64,000 nucleotides of DNA, from NCBI RefSeq assembly GCF_018350175.1, contig NC_058369.1:25856001-25920000 (forward strand), given 5' to 3'. Source of the stretch: Felis catus. Taxonomy: Eukaryota. Under the pieces are notes generated by a model that saw nothing but the letters and a program-made list of their open reading frames with translations, ran no database searches and was not told the origin of the DNA. Shown piece after piece: positions 27,021 to 39,264 of the stretch. A program made the position numbers and the translations under genes. Each line of letters begins with the position of its first letter. The first letter of the stretch is position 1.

Positions 27021-28339
27021 CAGTTCATACTACCTATGGAGATATAAAATTTCACGTCTCACAGGGTTTGAAACTAGAAGTTCTCTAGCTAAATAAACGT
27101 AGATTGGCTTTATTTTTACAATTCCGAAGCTTCCTGGCTCTACCTGCTTTACTGCCTACTTTATGACCATGAAATTATATGGCTGGATCACAAAACTAAA
27201 TAAATAGGAACCAAAAGTGTACAGTTCCACTCTCTTAGTTTAATACGGACAGTGGAAGCAATTGACAAGTTTCTTCTTTTGCTTCTCTGAACATACTTTG
27301 ATCTGGTGATACCCTGAGTCGTCAGTCTGTGACATTTTGCCTGGTAGACATGGGGATGGATGATGGTGGCTGGGTGGTGATGCTGCTGCTGTGTGTGTAC
27401 ATGTGCGTATGTGTTTATATAATTTCACTGGTTGTTGCAACTGAAGTTTATTTTTATTGGGTTTTGGTGGTCTCCTCCAGGAGTTAGGTTTTGATGTTTG
27501 ATTTCGATTTGGGTAGAATGAAAGTCTTAGGAATTTCCATTTACAATTGTAAAATAAAAAAGAAAGTTTATATTTTGATGCAAAGTATTGAGTCCTCCTT
27601 ACTAAGAGAACTCAACTTATTTAAGACCATACTAAGAACAGCTGTGTTGGACACAGTACCATCTGTTGCCACATCGTACCACCTCTGGTACCAAGGCATT
27701 CAGCAAACACTGAGCCTCAGCTGTAAGTAACCCACAGAGAAGACAGTTTGTTTACGTGTTTTCTCCAAGGAATGTCTGTTCTTGGCTTGCATTTCCCCAA
27801 GAGAATTAATGGTGTTAATTAAGAAAAGAATGAGGTTATCAAATACATTTAGGAAATGCTTGGTTAACCAAAGGTCAACAGGACTTCTCAGAGTCTTTAG
27901 TATGCTAACATATATGCAGATCTCCACGAGGGTGACTGTTCTAGAATGTAGCTCTTTCCAAACTCCTTCCTACTCCTCCCTACTCCTCTTTCCCATATAA
28001 GTTCCCATAAGGAACACTCTTTAGGACATGTTGTAAGAAGCTTAAGAGGACAATCCTGAAATTCAGGTTATTATTACTGCACTATTATTTCAGCAGCATT
28101 AGATTCTTGCAGGCTTCTTTGAAAATTTAACTATCTTTTATGTCAACTTTAAGGAAATTAAGAAGATGTCTTCATCATTTAAAATGTTGTTTCTTTTGTT
28201 ATTTATTGCCTCCAAAAAGTTGACTTATGTTATGCATGGCCTCTTAGGATAAGCTTTGTCACTAAGTTGAGTACTACCCGTTTAAGCATATGCCAGGAAA
28301 AAAGTTAGACTTTGTCCCATGCTAAACAGTACTATGATA

Positions 28340-29096
28340 AGCTTTATATTACTTGGAAAATCCTACTGAAATTATACAACACTACAGGGTAACCCCTGGA
28401 TCAAAGAAGAAATCAAAAGGAGAACTTTATATAGAAAGGAAAGGAAAGGAGACTTTTATACCAAAATACAGTAAATCCTTTACTCAGATAAAAATTATAA
28501 TTTTAAATTCCTTCTGTACTAAAGAAGAAAGACAATGAAGGAACTTGGCATTTAGAAGAAATTAGAAAAAGAATGAGAAAAAGAAGCTGGGAAATAAAAA
28601 GCAGAAATTAAGAAATAAGCAAAAAACTATAGAAGGCATAAACAAACCAAATGCTGGTTCTTTATAAGTCAGCCAACCAACCAGCAGACAATAAAACGGG
28701 TAATTCATAAGCCTTGATTCTCTTACTAGGTTAAAAAAAAATACTAGCAAAAATATGTAAGATAAGGAATGAGGAAGGATACGTAAACACAGATACAGGA
28801 CATACTAAAAGAATTTTGAGAAAGTATTACATGTCAACCTATGGCAAAGAAGAAAAAAAAACTAGAGTAAATTGTTTTCCTAGCAAAATTACCCAAGATG
28901 TAAAAAACTTGAGTAAATTGATTTCCTTAAAAGAGACTAGGAAGTTATCATGGATTGACCAGAAATAGGCCTTAACAGCTGAATTTTAGCTTATTTTTAA
29001 AAACAGATAAATTTAATGTTATTTAATCCAAACATACATAAAGGTGGAAAACTGTCAAAATCCTTAGTGCCAAATTCTAATAAAGATATGGTAAAA

Positions 29097-29127
<31 letters not shown>

Positions 29128-29345
29128 CTAGAACTGATTTTACTCGTGGCAATAGGTGAAAAATTCTGATTAAGGTATTAGTAAATTAACTTCAGAAATG
29201 AAGCTAGAATAAACAAAAAAGGAGATTTTATTCTAGGAATGCAAAAATGATTCAGTATTGGGGAAATCTAACCAACATCATCCACAAACTAAAACTAAAA
29301 AACACATTACTGTGTAACCAGCAGGTATTGAAAAGACACTTGATC
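28340..29345 (+). mobile_element. Old L1 ORF2 remnant; host of the GDI2 retrocopy, resuming after 31905
   Basis: A-rich L1 ORF2-like text (ggatcaaagaagaaatcaaaaggagaa; ttattctaggaatgcaaaaatgattcagtatt; gaaaagacacttgat). Confidence 0.7.
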
Positions 29346-29834
29346 CTTCTCTTCCCATCTTAGGTGGTGGCTGGCCTCCCTCCTCTCCAGCTCCATTTTA
29401 CCTCTAGCCCTGGCTTCCCTTTCCTGTCAGGCTCTGAGGAGCCTGAGCACTTCCCATATCACTTTAGGGTGGCCTTATAGCCCCTGGCCCCTAGAGTCCC
29501 TGTGCTTTCTCCTTTCCTTGGGTGTTGGTCCCTGCCCTCCCCTTGCCATGAATGAGGAGTAAGATGTGAACTGTGATCATGCTGGGCACTGGCCTGATGG
29601 AATATATCCTGTCAGGTGTAACATCAGGGAATGAAAAGAAAATTCTTCACATTGATAAAAACCTATATTAAGGAGGAGAAAGTACATCTATAACACCTCT
29701 GGAAGATTTCTATAGAAGATTTAAAATACTGGAGCACCACCAGCATTAATGGGGAGAGGAAGAGACTGGAATAATGTCTTAATTCCTAAGTTCCTTATGG
29801 CCAATGGTTAGCTGGTTATGATGGTGCTTTATAC

Positions 29835-29954
29835 GTGGGCACCTGGGTGGCTCTGTCAGTTAGGTGTCCAACTCTTGGTTTCAGCTCAGGTCGTCGTCTC
29901 TTGGTTCGTGGGTTTGATCCCTACTCTGTGCTGACAGTGCGGTGCCTGCTTGAG

Positions 29955-30012
<58 letters not shown>

Positions 30013-30088
30013 TCTCCTCTCCCTGCCCCTTCCCCACTTGCCCTCTCTGTTTCTCTCTCAAAATTAACTTAAAAGAATTAAAAAAAAA
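29835..30088 (+). mobile_element. Can-SINE inserted in the GDI2 pseudogene CDS
   Basis: TSD atggtgctttatac (29821-29834) / atgctgctttatac (30089-30102) duplicates the GDI2 MLLY codons. Confidence 0.93.
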
Positions 30089-31257
30089 ATGCTGCTTTAT
30101 ACAGAAGTTACCCGCTATCTGGATTTCAAAGTGACTGAAAGGAACTTTGTCTATAAGGGAGGAAAAAATCTACAAGATTCCTTCCACTGAAGCAGAAGCC
30201 CTGGCATCTAGCTAAATGGGACTGTTTAAAAAATGTCACTTCCCAGAACTTTTGAGAGTGTTGATCTTAAGAAGACTGCAATGAGAGAGGTTGACAAGAG
30301 ATTTGACTTGGGACAAGATGTCATAGATTTTACTGGCCATGCCCTGGCACTTGATAGAACTGATGACTATTTAGATCAACCATGTTGTGAAACCATTAAT
30401 AGATAGACTTTACGGTAAGTCTCTCGCAAGATATGGTAAAAGCCCATACCTTTATCCACTCTATGACCTTGGACAACTGCCATAAGAATTTGCAGGGTTA
30501 AGTGCTATTTATGGTGGTACCTCATGTGCCTACACCTTCAGGTAGGTAGGTGGTACCTACACCTTCAGTAAACCACTGAAGAGATAATTCTGCAAAATGG
30601 AAAAGTGATTGGTGTGAAATCTGAAGAAGAGGTTGCTTGCTATAAGCAGCTCATTTGTGATCCCAGCTATGTGAAAGACTGGGTAGAAAAAGCGGGCCAG
30701 CTGATCAGAGTTATCTGCATCCTCAGCCACCCTATCAAGAACACCAGGGATGCCAACCCCTGCCAGATTATCATTCACCAGAACCAAGTCAATTGGAAGT
30801 CACATATCTACATCTGCTTGATCTCCTCTACACACAATGTGGCAGCACAAGGGAAGTACATCTCCATAGTACAGTGGAGGAGACTGAGGGACTAGAGAAA
30901 GAAATCAGACCAGCTTTGGAGCTTTTGGAACCAATTGAACAGAAATTTGTTAGCATCACTGACCTCTCTGTTCCAAAAGATTTGGGAACAGAAAGCCATA
31001 TCTTTATTTCCTGCACATACGATGCTCCAACTCACTTTGAGACAACTTGTGATGACATTAAAGACATCTGTAAGAGGATGACCAAATCCAAGTTTGACTT
31101 TGAGGAAATGAAGCACAAGAAAAATGACATCTAGGGGGAAGACTAACAGCAGTACATTTTATCAACTAATTAGGACAAACTTAACTTTTGACAAATGATG
31201 TATAGTGTATGAAATCAATACTGTATTGTAAGGCCTTTTCTTTTCTTTTGTAAAAAA

Positions 31258-31467
31258 AATTTTTTTTTAAATGTTTATTTTTGACAGAGAGAGACAGAGC
31301 ATGAGCAGGGGAGGGGCAGAGAGAGAGGGAGACACAGAATTGGAAGTAGGCTCCAGGCTCTGAGCTGTCAGCAAAGAGCCTGACGTGGGGCTCGAACCCA
31401 CGGACTGGGAGATCATGACCTGAGCTGAAGTTGGAAGCTCAACCGACTGAGCCACCCAGGTGCCCCT
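31258..31467 (-). mobile_element. Can-SINE in the GDI2 pseudogene 3'UTR
   Basis: Complete antisense SINE body. Confidence 0.92.
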
Positions 31468-31521
31468 CTTTCTTTCTCTTTCTTTCTTTTTTTTTCCTTT
31501 CTTTTTCTTTCTTTTTCTTTC

Positions 31522-31564
<43 letters not shown>

Positions 31565-31722
31565 CCTCCCTCCCTCTCTTTCCTTCTTTTCTTTTCTTCT
31601 CTCTTTTCTTTTCTTTTCTTTTCTTTTCTTTTCTTTTCTTTTCTTCTCTCTTTTCTTTTCTTTTCTTTTCTTTTCTTTTCTTTTCTTTTCTTTTCTTTTC
31701 TTTTCTTCTTTCCTCTTTCTTC
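31468..31722. repeat. Compound polypyrimidine microsatellite, (CTTT)n and (CTTTT)n
   Basis: About 255 nt of pure C/T. Confidence 0.95.
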
Positions 31723-32394
31723 TTCAACAGACTAAGCTGCAATGCAGTATTGATTTCACATAGACTTCACTTCAATGATGTCTGGCTCCATATAGCTCCA
31801 AATGAATTCTTTACTGCAAAATAAAGCCAAACTCTGAAAACAAAACAAAATAAACAAACAAACAAAGAACAAAAAAAGAAGAAAGAAAAGAAAAGGCATT
31901 TGATCAAGTTTAGGAGTTATTACTAATAAAAATTTTAAATGAATAGAATGAATAGAAAAAATTAAGTAAAGTAAGAATTCTAATTAAAATAGAATAAAAA
32001 TGGTGCAAATATTATACAGGTGTAAAATGTATGAAGTAAATTTACATATCAATAAGGATAAATTTCAAACATTATCTCAAGCAAATTACAGAAGGATGTG
32101 TGTGGTACAATTCTATTTACATAAAGCATGAATTAATGCAAAACAGTACTACATAGTGCTTTTGAATACATTTATAATAAGGATATAAAATTATGAAATC
32201 ACAAAATAGTTTTTAAGGATGTATGAAAGGATTTTTTTTGCATCAGTGTGCATAGAACAGAAAAACAATGGAAGCATAATTTAAAAATTGCCTGTGATGT
32301 AGCTATTAAAAAGATTAAATTAGGATTATATGAATTGCAGGGATTTCTATAAGATATATTGTTGAGAAAAGAATTACTATTAATAATTTCTATT

Positions 32395-32432
32395 TTAAGA
32401 GTCTTATGCTCTACCGACTGAGCTAGCCGGGC
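32395..32432 (-). pseudogene. 5'-half tRNA-Lys(CTT) retrocopy (tailless retropseudogene), not a functional tRNA
   Basis: The reverse complement GCCCGGCTAGCTCAGTCGGTAGAGCATAAGACTCTTAA matches nt 1-38 of tRNA-Lys-CTT as recalled, with one mismatch. It is flanked by the direct repeat ataatttctattttaa (32383-32398 and 32434-32449). Confidence 0.88.
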
Positions 32433-32458
32433 TATAATTTCTATTTTAAAAAGTCTCA

Positions 32459-32648
32459 GGGCACCTGGGTGGCTCAGTTGGTTAAGCGGCTGACTTCGCT
32501 CAGGTCACAGTCTCACAGTTCGTGGGTTCGAGCCTGGCTTCGGGCTCTGTGCTGACAGCTCGGAGCCTGGAGCCCGCTTCAGATTCTGTGCCTCCCTCTC
32601 TCTCTCTCCCTGCCCCTACCCCGCTCATGCTCTGTCTCTCTCTGTCTC

Positions 32649-32682
<34 letters not shown>

Positions 32683-32719
32683 AAAAAAATGAATAAATGT
32701 TAAAAAAAAATTTTTTTTT
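32459..32719 (+). mobile_element. Can-SINE
   Basis: SINE body; aaagtctca on both flanks. Confidence 0.92.
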
Positions 32720-34509
32720 AAAGTCTCACCAATCCCTATAAATGTATACATATATGTGTATGTGATTGTTTGAACATAGGGAAAAAAGCACGGAGGGATG
32801 CGTGTGGTCATTACTATGAGTCGTCCTGGAGTGGGTGGAGAGGAAGAGTAAAGAGGATGGAGCCAAATGAAAAAGGGTGGGGATAATAAAACTACAATTA
32901 AAAACCTTCCACTTCCTGTGACATTTATGTATATATATAAAATAATGTATGTATAAAAGGAAATTTCAGAAAATAGACAATATATGAAAATGGTTTTTTT
33001 AATACATGTATGTGTATAAAATCATAATTTTATTAAAAAGGTGATAGGAACCTGATGTCATTGAACATACCCATTCATACTAATGTCTCTTCTATTCCAA
33101 CCTCTCCAAAACAAGCTGATTTTGATGTTTGGATTTCCACATAGTGTGACTCCAGGAAGAAAACTCACTGGTCAGTACTGTCCAAATAACCTTCCCTAAA
33201 GATACAAAATATTGTAAACAAATAGGATGACATTCTAACAGGTTTTTTTTTTTTTTTTTTTTAAGGAAGTGAGGAAGAGAGAAAGCCAACCTATCATATT
33301 TTCCTGGAATCGGGGCCTTAGGAACCCAGTGCTAGCTATTCCTCTGTTCCCAAACTCACAAACTGCTCAGACAGGGCATGAGTTTTCTGGGTCATGTAAC
33401 ATTTCAGTAACCCTCTGCTGCAAAGGTTGGGACCAGTTAGTTCTGTAAACTTGACATATAACTGCACTCAGTTCATCACCGAGGTCTACTTCACCAATAT
33501 CTGTTCATAGGTAAGCCCCTGTGAGCAAGGGGCCTAGTATGAGCAAGGTCAGTGGTGTCTTCCTTTTGCATTGTGCTCAAACTGCCCTCAATTACTTTTA
33601 CTCCCCACAATAGGCCTTGTCTTTTCTGGTCTTCAAGCCCTTGCACATGCTTTTTCCTTTGGCTAGAAACTTTTCTAGGCTGGAAAAGGTGCCTTTTCAT
33701 GTCCCTTTTGCACACTACACTCCCCTCTGTGTGTTTGCCTCCCTCACTAAACTGTAAGCTGCACAAGAACAGGCAGTGTGTCTGTCTTCACTGTGGAATC
33801 CCCGTGCTCAACCTGGCACATACTGGTTAATAAATTTTAAAATGTCTTGTGAATCTTATTCTACCATGTTACAAAAGTTCTTTCTACCACCTTATCTCAA
33901 CTAAGATTTTGACAACCTTCCTCCTAACCCAGAAGCTTAATATGAGGATCAGAAACTGGCAACCTTCTTGTTTCCCACAACCCTTTTTATTTTGCTGTGA
34001 CTCAGTTACCTCTCTTTAACCTATCTAAACTTTATTCATCTAATAAAATGGGACTCTTGATACTACTACCTACCTCAAGGTTTATGGTATGATGTTCAGT
34101 GTGAATGTTGGTAAAGTGTGTACAAAGTTCTCATCTCTGGGACAGGTACTTTTACTATTAACAAAACCTTTGCCAGGCACCTGTACCATCTCTTGCCATT
34201 AAGTCTACCTCTCTTTCTCAGTAGCTGCAGCCCCAGGCTCCTTTACCTGTCTGTCCTTTCAAACCTGTCATTGGCCATTTCAATTCTTACTAACTTCTAG
34301 ACTGCCCCTTCACTCTTAGTTTTGCTGTCCTTGTTCATTCCTAGCTTTTGGTAACTTTCACCAGAAGCTTTACTTCCTTCACTTTCTAGCTGCTAGGGAA
34401 AGTCACAAAGCTGATTCAGCAGAGACTGTGCCAGATTTGCTGGGGTGACTAAGAGAATCTTTCTGATGGCATGGCAGTCTTCTTTTGTTCATTTAAAAAG
34501 TGGATTCTC

Positions 34510-34728
34510 AGGGTACCTGGGTGGCTCAGTTGGTTAAGCGTCTGACTTCAGCTCGGGTCATGATCTCACAGTCCGTGAGTTCAAGCCCCACGTTGGGCTG
34601 TGCACCAACAGCTCAGAGCCTGGAGCCTGCTTTGGATCCTGTGTCTCCCTCTCTCTCTGCCCCTCCCCTATTCACACTCTGTCTCTCTCTCAAGAATAAA
34701 AACATAAAATAAATAAAATAAAGTAAAA
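34510..34728 (+). mobile_element. Can-SINE
   Basis: TSD aaaaagtggattctc (34495-34509, 34725-34739). Confidence 0.93.
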
Positions 34729-34860
34729 AGTGGATTCTCGACCCAGGAATTATCTGCACCACAATTACCTGCAGAACTTTTAAAACTATGGATATCTGGA
34801 TCCCACTCTTCAGTCCTAAGAAGAAGATTTGCAAGGTGTGGAGACTGAACATACCTATTT

Positions 34861-35058
34861 TTTTACTTATTTATTTTGAGAGAGAGAGAAAATGTGCATG
34901 CATAGGGGAGGGGCAGAGAGAGATGGAGAGAGAATCCCAGGCAGGCTCCATGCTGTCAGCAAGGAGCTCACTGTGGGGCTTGATCCCCCGAACTGTAAGA
35001 TCATGACCTGAGCTGAAACTGAGTCAGCAGCTTAGCCGACTGAGCCACCCAAGTGCCC
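34861..35058 (-). mobile_element. Can-SINE
   Basis: TSD ctgaacatacctattt (34845-34860, 35059-35074). Confidence 0.92.
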
Positions 35059-35074
35059 CTGAACATACCTATTT

Positions 35075-35244
35075 ATTTTATTTTATTTTTTATTTTTTAA
35101 AATTTACATCCAAATTAGTTAGCATATAGTGCAACAATGATTTCAGAAGTAGATTCCTTAGTGCCCCTTACCCATTTAGCCCATCCCCCCTCCTACACCC
35201 CCTCCAGTAACCCTCTGTTTGTTCTCCATATTTATGAGTCTCTT
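35075..35244 (-). mobile_element. Severely 5'-truncated young felid L1 (3'UTR end plus tail only)
   Basis: T-rich tail, then aaatttacatccaaattagttagcatatagtgcaacaatg..., recalled as the cat L1 3' end. TSD ctgaacatacctattt (35059-35074, 35245-35260). Confidence 0.85.
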
Positions 35245-36499
35245 CTGAACATACCTATTTTTTAAAAGCCTTGGTTGTTCTTTTGGAAACTAGGTTTAAG
35301 AACCCTGTTCAATTAAGTTTCTGGCAGCAGCTGTGTTATATGCTTTCCCTTGTCCTCGAGCCCCTTATGATTACCCTGTACATAGCTTAATTTCCCCTTC
35401 AAACTAGAACATTCTACTGATTTCCCAATTTCTTGTATTATTCCATCATTCTCTCAAACACTCAGAATCCTGGTATTTTTTTGAATCTTGTCTCTTACCT
35501 CTAGCAGCTGTGCCATCCAGGTCATTTGTCCCCTTTCCCTGCTCCTACTTGTTTCTCCTGGTGCCAACCTCAGGTGTTACACTAGCTCTCCCCTTCTCAC
35601 TGCCATACTCTGCCAATCCATTGCCTCCAACATATCCTTCTGTTACACTTTTGGCATTCTCCTTGTAGAAGGCTGTGCCATACTGTACAATAAAGTCTGA
35701 AATGCGTAATTGTACACTTGAGGCCCTCAAAAATATAGATTCAGTTCAGAGTTTTTATTTTGTTTCCCATTACTTTCTTGAATATATGGTAAGCTGTTAA
35801 ACTAAAATAGAGGTAAGATGGTGTATAGAAAAGATTCTTTTGAATCCTGGCACTGCCACTTGCCGAAGGTATGATCTCAAGCAAGTTAACTTTAGCCTCT
35901 TTGACCTTGTCTTATCTGTCTCATCTGTCATATAAGACATAAAAATGACTATCTGCATGGTTTGTTGTAAGTAGTTAACATGTATTGTGTAATTAGCCTG
36001 GGGCCTGGCACCTAGAGGGCCTTGAAATGTATTCTTCCCCTGCTCTCTCAAGTCTCCTCCAGCTGTTACATCCTACTCTTTCTGTGTCTTTGCTCAGGCC
36101 GTTCTCTCAGCCTTTCCTTCCGTTTCCAGTTTTTGAAATCTTTTTTTTTTTTTTTTTTTTTTTTTAGCCTTTTTAATAAATCCTTCCCCTGCCCTTGTCC
36201 ATTCCAAATTCCCATAGTATACCTCTTATAGCATTTGTGAAAAATGTCCCCCTTGGTTGTTAGGTTAGATACTTCTTGTTCTCTCTACAAAATAAATTGA
36301 AATCTCCTCGAGGACAAGGACCTAGTCATAATCATGTTGGTTTTCCCCGGCTTTACCAGCATACTGCTTTGTAGCCAGCAGATTCTCACTGAATATTTAG
36401 CAAATAAGTAAAGCCAAAGAACCACTACTCCTTGTGCATAAATCAAAAAGTAAACCAACAGTAAGTATTGCTCCATTGTATGCTAGAGAAATAAAACTG

Positions 36500-36960
36500 C
36501 AAATGAATTCACATGCACAGAGAAAGGATTTTTCCTACCAAATAAATAGCTAAAAACGGGATTTCTGGGAGAAACAGCTGACTCTGAGTCTAGGCAGGAA
36601 ATGTACAGGGTGAGCCTAGAAGATTCTGTCATATTATAAAGCAGTGAAGCTATCTAAGACTGGTAGGACTGGTAGATCAAAGATGGGACAGTTTGCACAT
36701 CAAATAATAACAATGGTGGATTGAAATATATCAAATGTGCTTAAATCCATGAATTTAAATAATACAAGAAGGCAAAAAGATTTGATCACCCTTGGAAGCC
36801 TAGACAAACCATTCTGAAAACAAGTGAATAAAGAGAAGGCATAAACCATGTATGCAACCTTTCCTATAGAAATTATTCCTGGCATATACAATTAGTTGAG
36901 GAGGGACAGCTTTTTGTTACTGTACTCCAGCTCACAAGTGAAGACAGAATGATAGAATAT
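36500..36960 (+). mobile_element. L1MC-like fragment
   Basis: ctgagtctaggcaggaaatgtacagggtgagcctagaa motif, recalled as L1MC. Confidence 0.55.
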
Positions 36961-37254
36961 CAATACAAAAAAAGTTCTTTAGAATTAATGTTACTTGTCT
37001 CTTCAGCGAACTTTCCCTACCTCTTTTCTGACTTAAAAAAAAATCTTTAAGTCGAAAGCTTTATGAAGGGAAAAATTCAGGAATGAAAGTTTGGGAACTC
37101 TTTTATCTTAGATTGCAGTCAAAAGACAATTAAACAAATTATTCCCCAGTTTGGAAATGTTAACACCTCTCATTTAGGTCTTGGTTTTATAAATGTTTCT
37201 TGTACTTCTTTGGTCTTCTTCCTGTTACTTCCAGTCATTTCAACAGATCTTCCA

Positions 37255-37396
37255 GGGGTGTCTGGGTGGCTCATTCGGTTAAGCATCTGACTCTTGGTAT
37301 CAGCTCAGGTCATGATCTCACTGTTGTGGGATCAAGCCCTGCATCAGGCTCTGTGCACTGGGTGTGGAGCCTGCTTGGGATTCTCATTCTCTCACT

Positions 37397-37440
<44 letters not shown>

Positions 37441-37587
37441 TCTCTGTCACTCTCCCTCTCTGTCTCTCTCACTCTCCCCCTCTCTCCCTCCCTCTCCCCC
37501 TCCCTCTCCCTCTCTCCCTCTCCCCTTCCCCCACTCTCCTCACTCTCTCTCTCTCTCAAAATAAATAAATAAACATTAAAAAAAAAG
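37255..37587 (+). mobile_element. Can-SINE with an expanded CT tract
   Basis: SINE head, ~175-nt CT-rich segment, AATAAA tail. Confidence 0.92.
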
Positions 37588-37939
37588 GTCTCTCAAACTA
37601 CTCAAATATAGAGTAGTGTTGATCTTCCTACTCAGTGCAGGAATAGAGATAGAACCAGACTACAACATATCCCAGAAGTTTCAGTCTCCCAGTCCAGGGC
37701 CTTAAACAGCTTTTTAAACTAATCACAGTGAACATGGGTCTTTAAAGTGATGTTTGTGTGAAGAGGCAATAGAAAAGGCTGACTTCATACCGTAAAGTAA
37801 ATATATTAACTCAAAAGCAAAATAATCTGTGTAAGATACTAGAGATAAAAACCCACAAACGACAGCTTGGGTAGTCTTCATTTTGATTTTTAATAAAGTC
37901 TCACAACTACAAGTAATTGCAGATTTTTCTCCATAGATA

Positions 37940-38594
37940 CCTTATTTCTTTGATTCAGACACATCTGTTTTTCATGTTTTAACATTTCTGAAATTTACAT
38001 GTAGCTTATAATGCATATGCATACAGGTTCCCTTGCTGTCAGAAAAAAAGTGCATTCCTATGAAACCTTTTCAAAATGGCGTAAAGAAGCAATTACCATG
38101 AATTTATGTGGAAAGAGTTTTTAGAGTTCCCAGACCCAAAAAGTAACCTCTCTTAGGCTTTTCTGTTACCTTAGGACATATCTTGCTAATAGATGCACAA
38201 AATAAACTGAGATTAAGTACAGATGCTCACAGACACAGTTCAAAGTTATGGCAGTTCAATACTGAGCTGCTGAGTACAGTTTGTGGGGAAGGAGCTTTGT
38301 GGGAGTGTTCTTACTACCTCTGTTAACAGCTTGTTGCAAAACAAATGCTGAATGCTGCTTACACTTTGATTTTCATAATTAGCTAAAATCCTTTCCAGTT
38401 ATTTCTTTCAGTTAGGAAAACAGGTACTAATGTAGGTTTTTCATAGATGCAAAGTAATGTAACACAAACTTTTAAAAAGCAATGGGTGCTTGTATTTAAT
38501 GTGACAGTGATCCTGTGGCCTCCTTAGTCTGCCCAAGAAACTTTTAAATTGTGTGTTTTACAATTAATTTTGTCTTTGAATCTTGTAAATATGG
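37940..38594. mobile_element. MER104-like TcMar relic with a nested Tigger-like element (38024-38492)
   Basis: The inner element is flanked by TA (38022-38023, 38493-38494) and has imperfect TIRs. Outer ends are ccttatttctttgattc / gaatcttgtaaatatgg. Confidence 0.6.
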
Positions 38595-39264
38595 TAAATA
38601 ATGTTTCTGAGTGAATTTTGAGTGAAATTTGTTTACAAAGTACTTCATAGAATATTTTACAGCAGTACTTTTCCAAAGTATCTTTTTATAATACTGTACA
38701 TATCGTATATAAAATACCCTAATATTAGTTCCTGTGTTAAGTGTTCTGAAAACAGGGGCCAGGGATGCTCAATGGTCAAATAAGCTTGGAAAATGCATCT
38801 TACTTTTAGAGCCTCATGATGGACAAAAAGTCCTTTAAGCTCTGTGAAAGACTTGTAAAAAAAAAAAAAAAATTCTTTCCATCTCTTTTTACCAAGTATT
38901 TCCCAAACTTTTCTGACTCCCGAATCCTTTTTTGTTAACACCTGCTAACACTCCATTTTGGGAAATACTGCTATGTAGAGTTGATTAATGTAAGTGTTAG
39001 AACAAAACGTTTTTATCAGGTAGTTTTAAATACTTGTCTGTTGCAAATTAAAAAAAACTGTTCTGTGCATCTAGTTATCACAAGAACCTTTTCAAAGGCA
39101 GGGTTGGCTAGACTAAATGGTCAGCTTAGTCAGACGTGATCTTTAACTGCTTTCAGTAGTACACCAACCCTGTGCTACCCAATCAGTATTAGCCCTTGAT
39201 TCATCTCACACATTTGTATGTCAGTCCAGGTGCTGGACTTTGGGGTGATAAATCTGAGCAATGG

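Larger units (their letters stand above)
29346..31889 (+). pseudogene. Processed pseudogene of Rab GDP dissociation inhibitor beta (GDI2); CDS equivalent 29548-31146, interrupted by two Can-SINEs
   Basis: ATG AAT GAG GAG TAA at 29548 (MNEE, then Y changed to stop). Fragments include [32 protein letters not shown] and [33 protein letters not shown]. It is intronless, with AATAAA at 31820-31825, an A-rich tail at 31837-31889, and TSDs gaaaagacacttgatc (29330-29345) / gaaaaggcatttgatc (31890-31905). Confidence 0.95.

Noticed and set aside
30605..31134. GDI-like ORFs as a functional retrogene
   Set aside because: There is a stop at codon 5, several frameshifts, a deletion and a SINE insertion.
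31413..31763. K/E/R-rich and F/S/L-rich ORFs of 91-110 aa
   Set aside because: They are translations of the CT microsatellite and adjacent SINE.
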